A stretch of 51,351 bases of DNA from a virus. Taxonomy: Duplodnaviria; Caudoviricetes. The stretch covers positions 1 through 51,351 of the IMG/VR virus record IMGVR_UViG_3300037482_000077; one strand, written 5' to 3'. Below the pieces are notes generated by a model that saw only the letters and a list, made by a program, of their open reading frames with translations, was not told where the DNA came from and searched no databases. Positions 17,599-25,428 of the stretch are shown in pieces. Both the position numbers and the translations under genes were made by a program. Position 1 is the stretch's first letter; every line of letters begins with the position of its first letter.

Positions 17599-17842
17599 CC
17601 TGACGCCCCTTTAGACGGCTTTGAGATAGTCGCCTGACTTGCGCTCGTGCGGCGGATGCTCGCGCGTCCACGTCAGCGTACTGACGTGCAAGGACAGCAA
17701 GGGCGTCCGCAGTGTCCGCTCGCACGGCGGCCGCTGCCGCACTGCATCGAGCATCTCGGACCGCATAGCCTCCCCAGCCTGCCAGGCCGAGACATACCAT
17801 TGCGAGTAGAGCGCCAGCGGCCAGAGCATATAAGCGGGACAC
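17408..17842 (-). CDS. i-spanin (Rz-like)
   Basis: N-terminal TM helix, Ala-rich coiled coil, C-terminal Cys; end of the lysis cassette. Confidence 0.7.
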   Translation of the reverse strand: MSRLYALAAGALLAMVCLGLAGWGGYAVRDARCSAAAAAVRADTADALAVLARQYADVDARASAARAQVRRLSQSRLKGRQDEIRVLPARDCGLSVAEHRVLHGAYCDRHPAAPGCVPDALRPDEPAAGPARQHESPAVGIAGD

Positions 17843-17971
17843 ATCACGCCTCCTTCGGTGCGGGTGTCTTGAGCTCGGCGTTCTTCGTCGAGAGCGGCTC
17901 GGGCGCGACGACGCTGCGCACGAGCTGCGCGAAAAACTCGGGCCACCACAGCACTGCTTGATTTGCGTCCA

Positions 17972-18151
17972 TCACGTCCTCCTTCGTTCAACGGCGATCG
18001 ATGGCCTGCGCAGGGAAAACCAGGCGCATTCCGGGTGCAACAGGTGCCCGTCGCGGCACATGAGACGCTGCTCGCCGCCGACCGTCCTTGCGTCGCAGTT
18101 GCGGCAATCGAGGCAGCGCGACGGGGGCGGCAGGGTGACGGGGGTGGTCAT
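17972..18151 (-). CDS. Small Cys-rich protein in the lysis cassette
   Basis: CLDCRNC...MC...EC; ATGA overlap. Confidence 0.5.
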   Translation of the reverse strand: MTTPVTLPPPSRCLDCRNCDARTVGGEQRLMCRDGHLLHPECAWFSLRRPSIAVERRRT

Positions 18152-18336
18152 GCGTCCGTTCTCACGCCGCGCAACCAGAAGCCCAGCAGCAGCGCGAGCG
18201 GCTCGCGCCACATGGCGGCATATTCGGCGAAGGTCAGCGCCCCGCTGATGTAGGCGTAGGCCGACACGCCCACCATCGGCAGCAGCACCAGCGCGGTGAT
18301 GATCGAGACGGTGTCGAGCAGGCGGGCGTCCATCAT
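18148..18336 (-). CDS. Small two-TM membrane protein (holin/antiholin-like)
   Basis: Hydrophobic helices; directly follows the endolysin. Confidence 0.55.
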   Translation of the reverse strand: MMDARLLDTVSIITALVLLPMVGVSAYAYISGALTFAEYAAMWREPLALLLGFWLRGVRTDA

Positions 18337-18794
18337 TGCGCCCCGGCGCACAGCGTGTATTCAGCTTGGCGGCGCTTCACGAGGCCCGGCATCACGCGAC
18401 CGCCGGCTCTGTTCCATCGCAAGACCTCTTGGCACGCCCCGACGTAGTCGCTCGCCTTCAGCCTCTTGACGAGCGTCGAGCCACAGAACGCGCCCTCCCC
18501 GATGTTATAAGCGAGGGACACGAAGGCCGAAAACTCCCACGGGTGCATCGGCACCGGGGCGCAGCGCTTCACCGCGCGCTCGAAGCGCGAGGCGTCGGCG
18601 AGCAGTTTCACCAGTGCGCGATCCGGCGTGATGCGATCGCCCGGCTTGACCCCTTCGGTGGTACCGAATCCGATGGTTTGCACGCCGACCCCATCGTCGT
18701 ATGCCTCGCCGCGGTAACCCTCGTGCACCGCAATACCGACCAAGGCGGACGCCGACAGCGTCAGCGCCGCAATGGCGATACGCGGCGGGATCAT
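18333..18794 (-). CDS. GH24 lysozyme, SAR endolysin
   Basis: N-terminal SAR helix; catalytic E-x8-D-x5-T (HEGYRGEAYDDGVGVQT); GLVKRRQAE. Confidence 0.95.
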   Translation of the reverse strand: MIPPRIAIAALTLSASALVGIAVHEGYRGEAYDDGVGVQTIGFGTTEGVKPGDRITPDRALVKLLADASRFERAVKRCAPVPMHPWEFSAFVSLAYNIGEGAFCGSTLVKRLKASDYVGACQEVLRWNRAGGRVMPGLVKRRQAEYTLCAGAQ

Positions 18795-19144
18795 TTGCCC
18801 CTCCACCGGCGCCACAGCACAGACATTGCCCATAGCGTCGCGCCGATGGCGAGCAGCCACGACCCGATGACGATCCCGCGTAGCGGCATGGGTGGCGCCG
18901 GGGCCGGATCATGGTCCAAGGTCTTGCCACGGAACCCCGGAAACAGCGCATGCAGCGGGTGCGGGAGATCGCCGTGCGGCACGTAGCTCGTAAGCCGCCC
19001 GGCGGTGTCGATGTGCATCGCGTGTGGGAGCACCCAGCGCGGCTGCGCCTCGCTCCATGCGTGCTCCGAGGTGCGGAACACGATGTAGCCGTGCCGGGTG
19101 TGCCAGCGGTCGAGCGCGTCGCCGAGACAGTTGTAGGCGCTCAT
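18791..19144 (-). CDS. Hypothetical protein with C-terminal TM helix
   Basis: Between holin and endolysin; ATGA overlap. Confidence 0.65.
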   Translation of the reverse strand: MSAYNCLGDALDRWHTRHGYIVFRTSEHAWSEAQPRWVLPHAMHIDTAGRLTSYVPHGDLPHPLHALFPGFRGKTLDHDPAPAPPMPLRGIVIGSWLLAIGATLWAMSVLWRRWRGK

Positions 19145-19148
19145 GGCG

Positions 19149-19373
19149 CTACTCCTCGTCCTGCGCCGGCTTGCCTTGCTCGGCGCGCTTCTGTGCGAGT
19201 TTCAGGTGCTCGCGCCGGAACCAGAAGTTCATGCCGGCATTGACCACGAAGGCGACCACCGCGACGATCAGGCCACCAAGCGCCGCGAACTCGTTGGTCG
19301 TGAGCCCGAGGATCACGGTCCCCCCGGCTGCCGTGTAGCCGGTGGCGGCCGATGCTTTGATCATTACGTCCAT
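19149..19373 (-). CDS. Holin (HP1-like)
   Basis: GLTTNEFAALGGLIVAVVAFVVNAGMNFWFRR, basic C-terminus. Confidence 0.75.
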   Translation of the reverse strand: MDVMIKASAATGYTAAGGTVILGLTTNEFAALGGLIVAVVAFVVNAGMNFWFRREHLKLAQKRAEQGKPAQDEE

Positions 19374-19508
19374 GTCCGGCGTCCTGTTTGTAAGGGTCAC
19401 GGTGCTTACCTATTGGGGGGGTCGAAATCATGCGCGACGCGTGCGAACGCCTCGCGGCGGGCGCGATCGGTGAGCGGCTTGAATAGCCGGGGCCCGGTAC
19501 GACGGGCG

Positions 19509-20168
19509 TTACACGTCGGCGGTGATCCGGACGACGTTCGTGCCATCGCATTCGACGATCGCCCGCTTGCCGTCCGCCACTGTGATGCCGGTCCCGCTCG
19601 CGCCGATGACCCGCACGCCGAACCCGCCCGTCACGTTGGCGAACACGGTGTAAGCGCGCGGCACCAGCGGCACGACGACATCGCGCAGCGCGGTGAGCGC
19701 GCCGGCGAGCTCCATGGATTCGCACATGGCCTGCTCATAGGTCAGCGTCTTGTTGGCATCGGCCATGGCGAGCGTGAAGCGCCCGTAGAGGAATCGAACC
19801 TGGTGATGCGTGTCGCGGTGGTCCTCGTAGCTCGTCACGGTCGCCGTGCCGGTGACGGTTTTATACAGGGCGAGCTTGTCGGCCGGGAACGCCGTCGCCG
19901 ACTCCGTGACCGCCAGTGCGCGGTCCGCCGCGACGTAGCGCGTCGAGGAGGCGGTGAGCGTGACCGTCCCATTGGCCTTCGCGGTCGCGGTCGCGTTGAT
20001 ATACCAGCGCGGGGTGCCGTAAAACCCGAACGTCAGCCCGGAGCAGGTCGAGGCGCGACGCTTGAGGTCTGCGGCGCGCGACATGGCGTCCAGCGCGGCA
20101 TTGACGGTGACCTCTTTGCTGCTCTGTGATTGCGTGAGGGCGTCGAGATTGGTGGTCGAGTCGGCCAT
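19509..20168 (-). CDS. Tail fibre/tip-associated protein (DUF2793-like N-terminus)
   Basis: SQSSKEVTVNAALDA N-terminus; last tail gene. Confidence 0.65.
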   Translation of the reverse strand: MADSTTNLDALTQSQSSKEVTVNAALDAMSRAADLKRRASTCSGLTFGFYGTPRWYINATATAKANGTVTLTASSTRYVAADRALAVTESATAFPADKLALYKTVTGTATVTSYEDHRDTHHQVRFLYGRFTLAMADANKTLTYEQAMCESMELAGALTALRDVVVPLVPRAYTVFANVTGGFGVRVIGASGTGITVADGKRAIVECDGTNVVRITADV

Positions 20169-20172
20169 GGCG

Positions 20173-23100
20173 TTACCTCGTGATACTGGTGGTGAGCGGG
20201 TAGCCGCGTCCGACTACATCCGACATTTGGTAGATTTTCACGTAGAGGGTGCTCTGGTTTGAGCCCCAGTCCGTGACCTGCTGCGCGCTCGTGTAGGCGA
20301 CCGTGGCACTGGTCGCGGTGAGCGTGCGTTTCAGTGTGGTGTAGGCGCTGTCGTAAATCTCGACTTCATACGATTCGGCCGTCTCGGCGAGCGTCGCATC
20401 CACAAAATCGCGCCACTCGCCGCCGTAGCGCGTGCGGCGAAGCCAGGTCAGCGTCCAGTCGTTGGTGCTCGGGTGGCGGTTGCCGTTGAGATAGACGGGC
20501 GCGAGGCACTCCAGATTGACACCGCGGTAGGTGAAAGGGGTGTCGAACTCGCTCTCCACGGAAGCGCCCGCCGTGATCGCCCGGTATAGCCGGCCGAGCC
20601 CGATCACGCTGGATTCGACCGGCACGAACTGCAGCCCAGCTTCGGTGAGCGACACCACCGTATCGCCCGCCGCGTGCGCCGTCATGGCCCACTCGGAGCC
20701 GTAGCGCCCGCGCAGCAAGTTGGTCAGCACCCACGACCCGTCGCCTTGCAACGTGCAGTCTTGAGCACTAATGATCTCCCACCGACCGTCTGCGCCGTAG
20801 GCAAAGAGGTTGGCCCCGGCGAGCAGCTGCAGTTCGGTGACACTCTCCAGTGCGCTATGCATATTGACGGTGAGCGCGTTTGCGGTGTCGATGATGTCGG
20901 TCCGCCCCGCCCCGATGCTGTTGCTGGCGGCGCCGATGTTCGACCCGGGCGGCAGCATCGCGGCGATGTCCTCCCACGTCTGCCCGGCGTCGGTGCTGCG
21001 GTACAGGATGCCGCCCGGCCAACCCGCCAGATAGCCGGTGATCGCCACCGGACAGCCCGGCACGCTCTCGCTCTGCCGAATCAGCGGGATGTCCAGCATC
21101 TGCGCCACGGTCGGGCCTTTCAGCACCACCGTGGCGCCGCCCGTGGCATCCCCTTCCTCGCCCAGCGCGGCGGGCGTATAGACCGCCGTGGCGTCGAGTT
21201 TGGCGTGACACTCCAGCCGCCCGTCAGGGAGGTAGTGCACGGAGGTGAGGCGCAGTTGATAGGTCGCATCGTCCGTCGTGACCGTGATCACGTCGGCCGG
21301 CTCAAGGGCGAGGTACGTCGGCGGTAACTTGAACGGCCCGACTTCGGTGCGCTCCAGCCAGTACAGATGCAGCAGGCGCTCGGCCATTCCGGCCGCTTCG
21401 GTTGCCGTGAGGACAATCGGCAGTTCCGATTCGCGCACGTTGATGGAGGCGGTATTGAGTCGCTCCGCGCTCTGCTCGCCGGGGTCGTACTCGCGCGCCG
21501 GATCGAGATAGCCGAGCGTGAGGCGGCGCGGCATCTGTGTATCCATCTCGCGCGACAGGATGACTTGCGCGCCGGGGCTATCGCCGTCCGCGCGGGCGTC
21601 GAGCTCCTCGGCGGTGATGGTCGCCACCGATGCCGTCCCGCGCGGGATGAAGTCGATGGTATAGCCGGCCTGCACGACATCGAACGGCCATGCGGCCTGT
21701 AGCGGGTCGAGTGCGCCCCGGATGGCGCCGGTCTGCGTCACCCGATAGCCGCGCACCACTTGGGGCGCAAGCGCCGTCACGTCGATGTCGGCGGCGCTCA
21801 GCAGGCCGGATTGCAGGCACTCGGCGGACACGATCTCATCGAGGGTCACATCGGTGACGGTTTGGTTGAATGGGACGATGCGGGCGATGAGCCCCGTTCC
21901 GCCATCGCACACCCATATCACGCCGTTGTGCACCTCCACGTCGGCCGATTGCCAAATGCCGTAGTCGTTGCCGAGATCGACCGTCGTCACCACCACCCCA
22001 GTGGCGGTATCGACCCCCATGAGCATTCCGTACTCGCCGCCCACCCACAGGATCTGGCGCGACGCGTCGTAGGCGACGGGATTGGCTGCATCGATGTCGC
22101 TCCACTGGTACGGCAACGTTTTTACCGGCCCGAATGTGCGCGTATCAATGTCGAATTCGATGATGTCGTGCCGGTCGAGCGTTTGGTAAATCTCCAGCCA
22201 CAGTGAGTTGCGGTCGCTGTCGTAGACCAACACGTCGTTCGCCCAGGTGCCGGCAGTGACGTTGTAGTCCGCTGTGACCCCGAAGCCGGGCTCGAACACG
22301 GACAGCCGCATCGGCGCCGAATAATCGCCGACCCCCCACCGGATCATCCAGATGCGCCCGTTGCCGTCAAACGCCATACGCAGCGGCGCCATGCCGATGC
22401 TGTACTCCGCCAAGACAGCGTCGTTGATCGGGTCAATCTTCTTCAAGACGCCGTTCGTGCCCGCCGGCTCCGCGCTACCGGAGGCCACCCACACCGCGCC
22501 ACTCCAATCCGAGGAGAAGCCCGTGACGCTCCACGTCGACGCATTGGTTACGTCAATGAGATAGATGTAGTTGAGCGCCCCCCAGGCCATCGACCTTTCG
22601 TAGGTGGCGAATTGCGCTGAGAACACGTAAAGCCCAGCCGCGTGAGAACAGGTGACGATCCGCCGTACCGGGTTGTACTTGATCGCCCCGTAGCACAGCG
22701 ACGGCGTCGCGATGTGCCCGATCAGCGCGCCGGTATCGGCGTCAATTCGCGTTATCCCGTTGGGGAAATGCTGAACGGCCCATATTTCATTCAGCAGCGG
22801 GTTATAGACGAACGTGTCGAGATAGTTGTCATAGACAGACAGGTCGTAGACTTCGACGGCATTGACGGTCGTCGTAACCTGCGCGACCTCCACTTTCACC
22901 TGGGCGCCGAGCAGACTGTTCCCGTGATCGGCCAGCGGGTAGTCGTAAAAAACGATGTAGGCGAGCCCCCGATAGGCGGGCGTATTCGCCACGCCGCGGT
23001 CGGCCTGCATGCGCGGGTCGGGCTGCTGGTCGTCGGTACCGAGATAGATATGCGCGGGATTGACGGCGGCGGCGGTGGCGCCCTTACTCGTCAGTTGCGC

Positions 23101-23553
23101 GACGCTGTCGGCCGGCGCCGCTGCGTCATACACCAGCTTCGACCCAATCCAGATGCGCCGGATGCCACCGATTGGCCCCTTGCAGATGCCGACCGCGAAA
23201 GTGGCGTAATAGCTGTAAGTGCTCGTGCTGGAGCCGCCGCCCCCGCCCTTGCCGCCGGATTTCTTTTTCTTGACGACCTCTTTGAGCTTGTTCCCCTCAA
23301 GCCAGAAGACATTACCCCCGGAGGCGACCTCTCCGTATACGCGCGGTATGTGCGCGCCATACGTGCTGGTCTGCACGGTCAGATCCGAGAGCCGCGGCCC
23401 GTGGATCGTCGGCCCTTTCGGCGGGTCGATCAGCCCCCCGACGCCCATCCCGACCTGTGCGCCATAGAGGGCGCCCAGCGGGTTGCCGCCGGTGGCAAAA
23501 AACCCGATGACTGCGCCGGTGATCGCGCCAAGTGCCTGACCGGTGCTGCTCAT
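20173..23553 (-). CDS. Central tail fibre/host-specificity hub protein (GTA-type) with a beta-propeller insert
   Basis: GPRLSDLTVQTSTYG, NTPAYRGLAYIVF and LLRGRYGSE motifs. Confidence 0.9.
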   Translation of the reverse strand: MSSTGQALGAITGAVIGFFATGGNPLGALYGAQVGMGVGGLIDPPKGPTIHGPRLSDLTVQTSTYGAHIPRVYGEVASGGNVFWLEGNKLKEVVKKKKSGGKGGGGGSSTSTYSYYATFAVGICKGPIGGIRRIWIGSKLVYDAAAPADSVAQLTSKGATAAAVNPAHIYLGTDDQQPDPRMQADRGVANTPAYRGLAYIVFYDYPLADHGNSLLGAQVKVEVAQVTTTVNAVEVYDLSVYDNYLDTFVYNPLLNEIWAVQHFPNGITRIDADTGALIGHIATPSLCYGAIKYNPVRRIVTCSHAAGLYVFSAQFATYERSMAWGALNYIYLIDVTNASTWSVTGFSSDWSGAVWVASGSAEPAGTNGVLKKIDPINDAVLAEYSIGMAPLRMAFDGNGRIWMIRWGVGDYSAPMRLSVFEPGFGVTADYNVTAGTWANDVLVYDSDRNSLWLEIYQTLDRHDIIEFDIDTRTFGPVKTLPYQWSDIDAANPVAYDASRQILWVGGEYGMLMGVDTATGVVVTTVDLGNDYGIWQSADVEVHNGVIWVCDGGTGLIARIVPFNQTVTDVTLDEIVSAECLQSGLLSAADIDVTALAPQVVRGYRVTQTGAIRGALDPLQAAWPFDVVQAGYTIDFIPRGTASVATITAEELDARADGDSPGAQVILSREMDTQMPRRLTLGYLDPAREYDPGEQSAERLNTASINVRESELPIVLTATEAAGMAERLLHLYWLERTEVGPFKLPPTYLALEPADVITVTTDDATYQLRLTSVHYLPDGRLECHAKLDATAVYTPAALGEEGDATGGATVVLKGPTVAQMLDIPLIRQSESVPGCPVAITGYLAGWPGGILYRSTDAGQTWEDIAAMLPPGSNIGAASNSIGAGRTDIIDTANALTVNMHSALESVTELQLLAGANLFAYGADGRWEIISAQDCTLQGDGSWVLTNLLRGRYGSEWAMTAHAAGDTVVSLTEAGLQFVPVESSVIGLGRLYRAITAGASVESEFDTPFTYRGVNLECLAPVYLNGNRHPSTNDWTLTWLRRTRYGGEWRDFVDATLAETAESYEVEIYDSAYTTLKRTLTATSATVAYTSAQQVTDWGSNQSTLYVKIYQMSDVVGRGYPLTTSITR

Positions 23554-23960
23554 GCGACCCCCCGGAAGCGATACCCGCGCACGGTGCGCCGCCGCCACTC
23601 GGCGCTATAGGTGTGCTCGCAGCATTTGCCGGCTTCGGCGTAGGCGTGAATGATCGTGTCGCCGGCGCAGATGGCGACGTGCTGCGGGTCGCGGGCGATT
23701 CGCAACAGCAGCACGTCCCCTGCCTGCGGGGCGCCGGTCACGCGCTCGAGCACCGGCTGCGCGTCGAGCGTCGCTTCGAGCAGGCCCTGATACGGCAAGC
23801 GCGGGTAGTTCGTCGGCGCGTCATACGGGAGGCCCATGCGGTGCGCGACATGGCACACCACGCCCGCGCAATCCATCCCGCGCCCGACGACGCGCCCCTG
23901 ATGCATGAACGGGGTGTCGAGCGTTTCCCGCGCCGCGGCCAGGATGTCGTCGGCGGTCAT
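23550..23960 (-). CDS. NlpC/P60 tail-tip peptidase
   Basis: TPFMHQGR, GMDCAG, QHVAI and IIHA motifs. Confidence 0.9.
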   Translation of the reverse strand: MTADDILAAARETLDTPFMHQGRVVGRGMDCAGVVCHVAHRMGLPYDAPTNYPRLPYQGLLEATLDAQPVLERVTGAPQAGDVLLLRIARDPQHVAICAGDTIIHAYAEAGKCCEHTYSAEWRRRTVRGYRFRGVA

Positions 23961-24790
23961 TTGGTGCCCACCTGGCCGTAGGTCGATCCGGTCGGCACGA
24001 ACGAGAATCCGCCGAAGTTGAGCACGTTGTTCCATTTGTCGCGGCAGTCTTCCAGCCGCTTGCGGCAGCCGGGGATCAGCTCGTAGGCATCGGCCGCGGT
24101 GACGGCGTAGTAGAACGGCTCGAAAATCTCAATCGTGCCGTCCGCCTCGTAGCGTTTCACCTCGATGGGGCTGAGCCCGGCGTTCAGCCCGGCCGTGAAG
24201 CGGATCGTGCCGGCCGCGAAGTAGTCGGCCGCTTCGGTGCGCGTCGAATCCCGAAAGACCGTCGTGCTGGTGACGCCGGTTAAGGCGCCGGTCACGGTGA
24301 GGGGGGCCAGCGCGACCTTGCAGCCGGCGTATTCCTGCCCGCCGAACACCTTTTTGCAGGCAGGCGAATAGGTGTCGCCGACCGATTGGTTCAGCGCATC
24401 GACCAGCGCCATTTCCTCGATGCGAAACCGATCGTCGATCAGCGTGGTGCGCCCGAGAATGGAGGCGACGACCGGTTCTTCGTCCTCAATCGGCGTTGCC
24501 CAGGTGGTGGCGTACAGGTAGCAGCGCGCGCCGTCATAGACGCCGGACTGCACCGCCGCGCGGGTGATCCCGACCAGCCCCGCTACGCCTTCCAGGTCGA
24601 TCATGGAGGGCGACAGTCCCGCCCCGGCGCTGTAGCCGGTGAAGTCGTGCCCGGAAAACGCCTTGTAAATCTGCCCGTTGCTCATGGTGAGATCGCGCGG
24701 GTGGTGCGTCAGGCGAATGGCGGCCCCGAGCACGGGCACGATGCGCAGGCACATCACGCGGTAGCGGTAGTCGGCGACGGCGGCTTTCAT
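23957..24790 (-). CDS. Tail hub protein (DUF2163/BR0599 family)
   Basis: C-terminal GCRKRLEDCRDKWNNVLNFGGF. Confidence 0.9.
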   Translation of the reverse strand: MKAAVADYRYRVMCLRIVPVLGAAIRLTHHPRDLTMSNGQIYKAFSGHDFTGYSAGAGLSPSMIDLEGVAGLVGITRAAVQSGVYDGARCYLYATTWATPIEDEEPVVASILGRTTLIDDRFRIEEMALVDALNQSVGDTYSPACKKVFGGQEYAGCKVALAPLTVTGALTGVTSTTVFRDSTRTEAADYFAAGTIRFTAGLNAGLSPIEVKRYEADGTIEIFEPFYYAVTAADAYELIPGCRKRLEDCRDKWNNVLNFGGFSFVPTGSTYGQVGTK

Positions 24791-25428
24791 AGGTCGATGA
24801 GTTCCACGATGTCGATGTCGGCCGTTTCGGCCCAGGTCGTCGAGACCGGCGTCACGTCGAGGGCGGAATCAAACCGGCACGGGATGTCGAACTCGCAGCC
24901 GCCCGTCACGACCGCGCCCTCGCCCGGGTCTGGGGTGAGCGTCACCCGCCCCGTGGTGGTATCCACCACCACCCCGGACATGAGCTCAAAGCCGTCCGCC
25001 GCCACCCGCGTGGTGCCCGCGACCGGCTTGAAGAGGGTTCGGTAAGGGCGCCCGATGCCGGACACCCCGGCGGCGCCCACCCCGTATTCCTTGCGCAGCT
25101 GATACACCCCGGCCGACACGCGCAGCAGGACCTGATCGACCGGCGTGGGCGCGCCCGTCTGGCCGTTGGTGGTGTAGTCGTCGAACGCCTTCACGCGAAA
25201 CCCGGCAAAGCGCCCATAGGTCCGGTGGTAGAGCGCCTGGACCTCGGTGAATAGCGTCGCCTTGGCGCGCGCGAACGACACCCGGAAACGGCGCAGCGGG
25301 ATGCCGTGCACCAGTCGGCGGTATTCCTTGCCGCCCGCGGTGCGCGTCACCTCGACGTTGTAGTCGTCGGCATAGGACGCACCGATCCGGATATTCACCG
25401 GCAGGCGTTCCTCGAGAAATGCGCTCAT
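24787..25428 (-). CDS. Distal tail protein (DUF2460/TIGR02217)
   Basis: FLEERLP, YQLRKEY and GCEFDIPCRFDS motifs. Confidence 0.9.
   Translation of the reverse strand: MSAFLEERLPVNIRIGASYADDYNVEVTRTAGGKEYRRLVHGIPLRRFRVSFARAKATLFTEVQALYHRTYGRFAGFRVKAFDDYTTNGQTGAPTPVDQVLLRVSAGVYQLRKEYGVGAAGVSGIGRPYRTLFKPVAGTTRVAADGFELMSGVVVDTTTGRVTLTPDPGEGAVVTGGCEFDIPCRFDSALDVTPVSTTWAETADIDIVELIDL

Noticed and set aside
19509-23553. Diversity-generating retroelement acting on tail fibres
   Set aside because: No reverse transcriptase ORF and no TR/VR pair with adenine-specific differences was seen.
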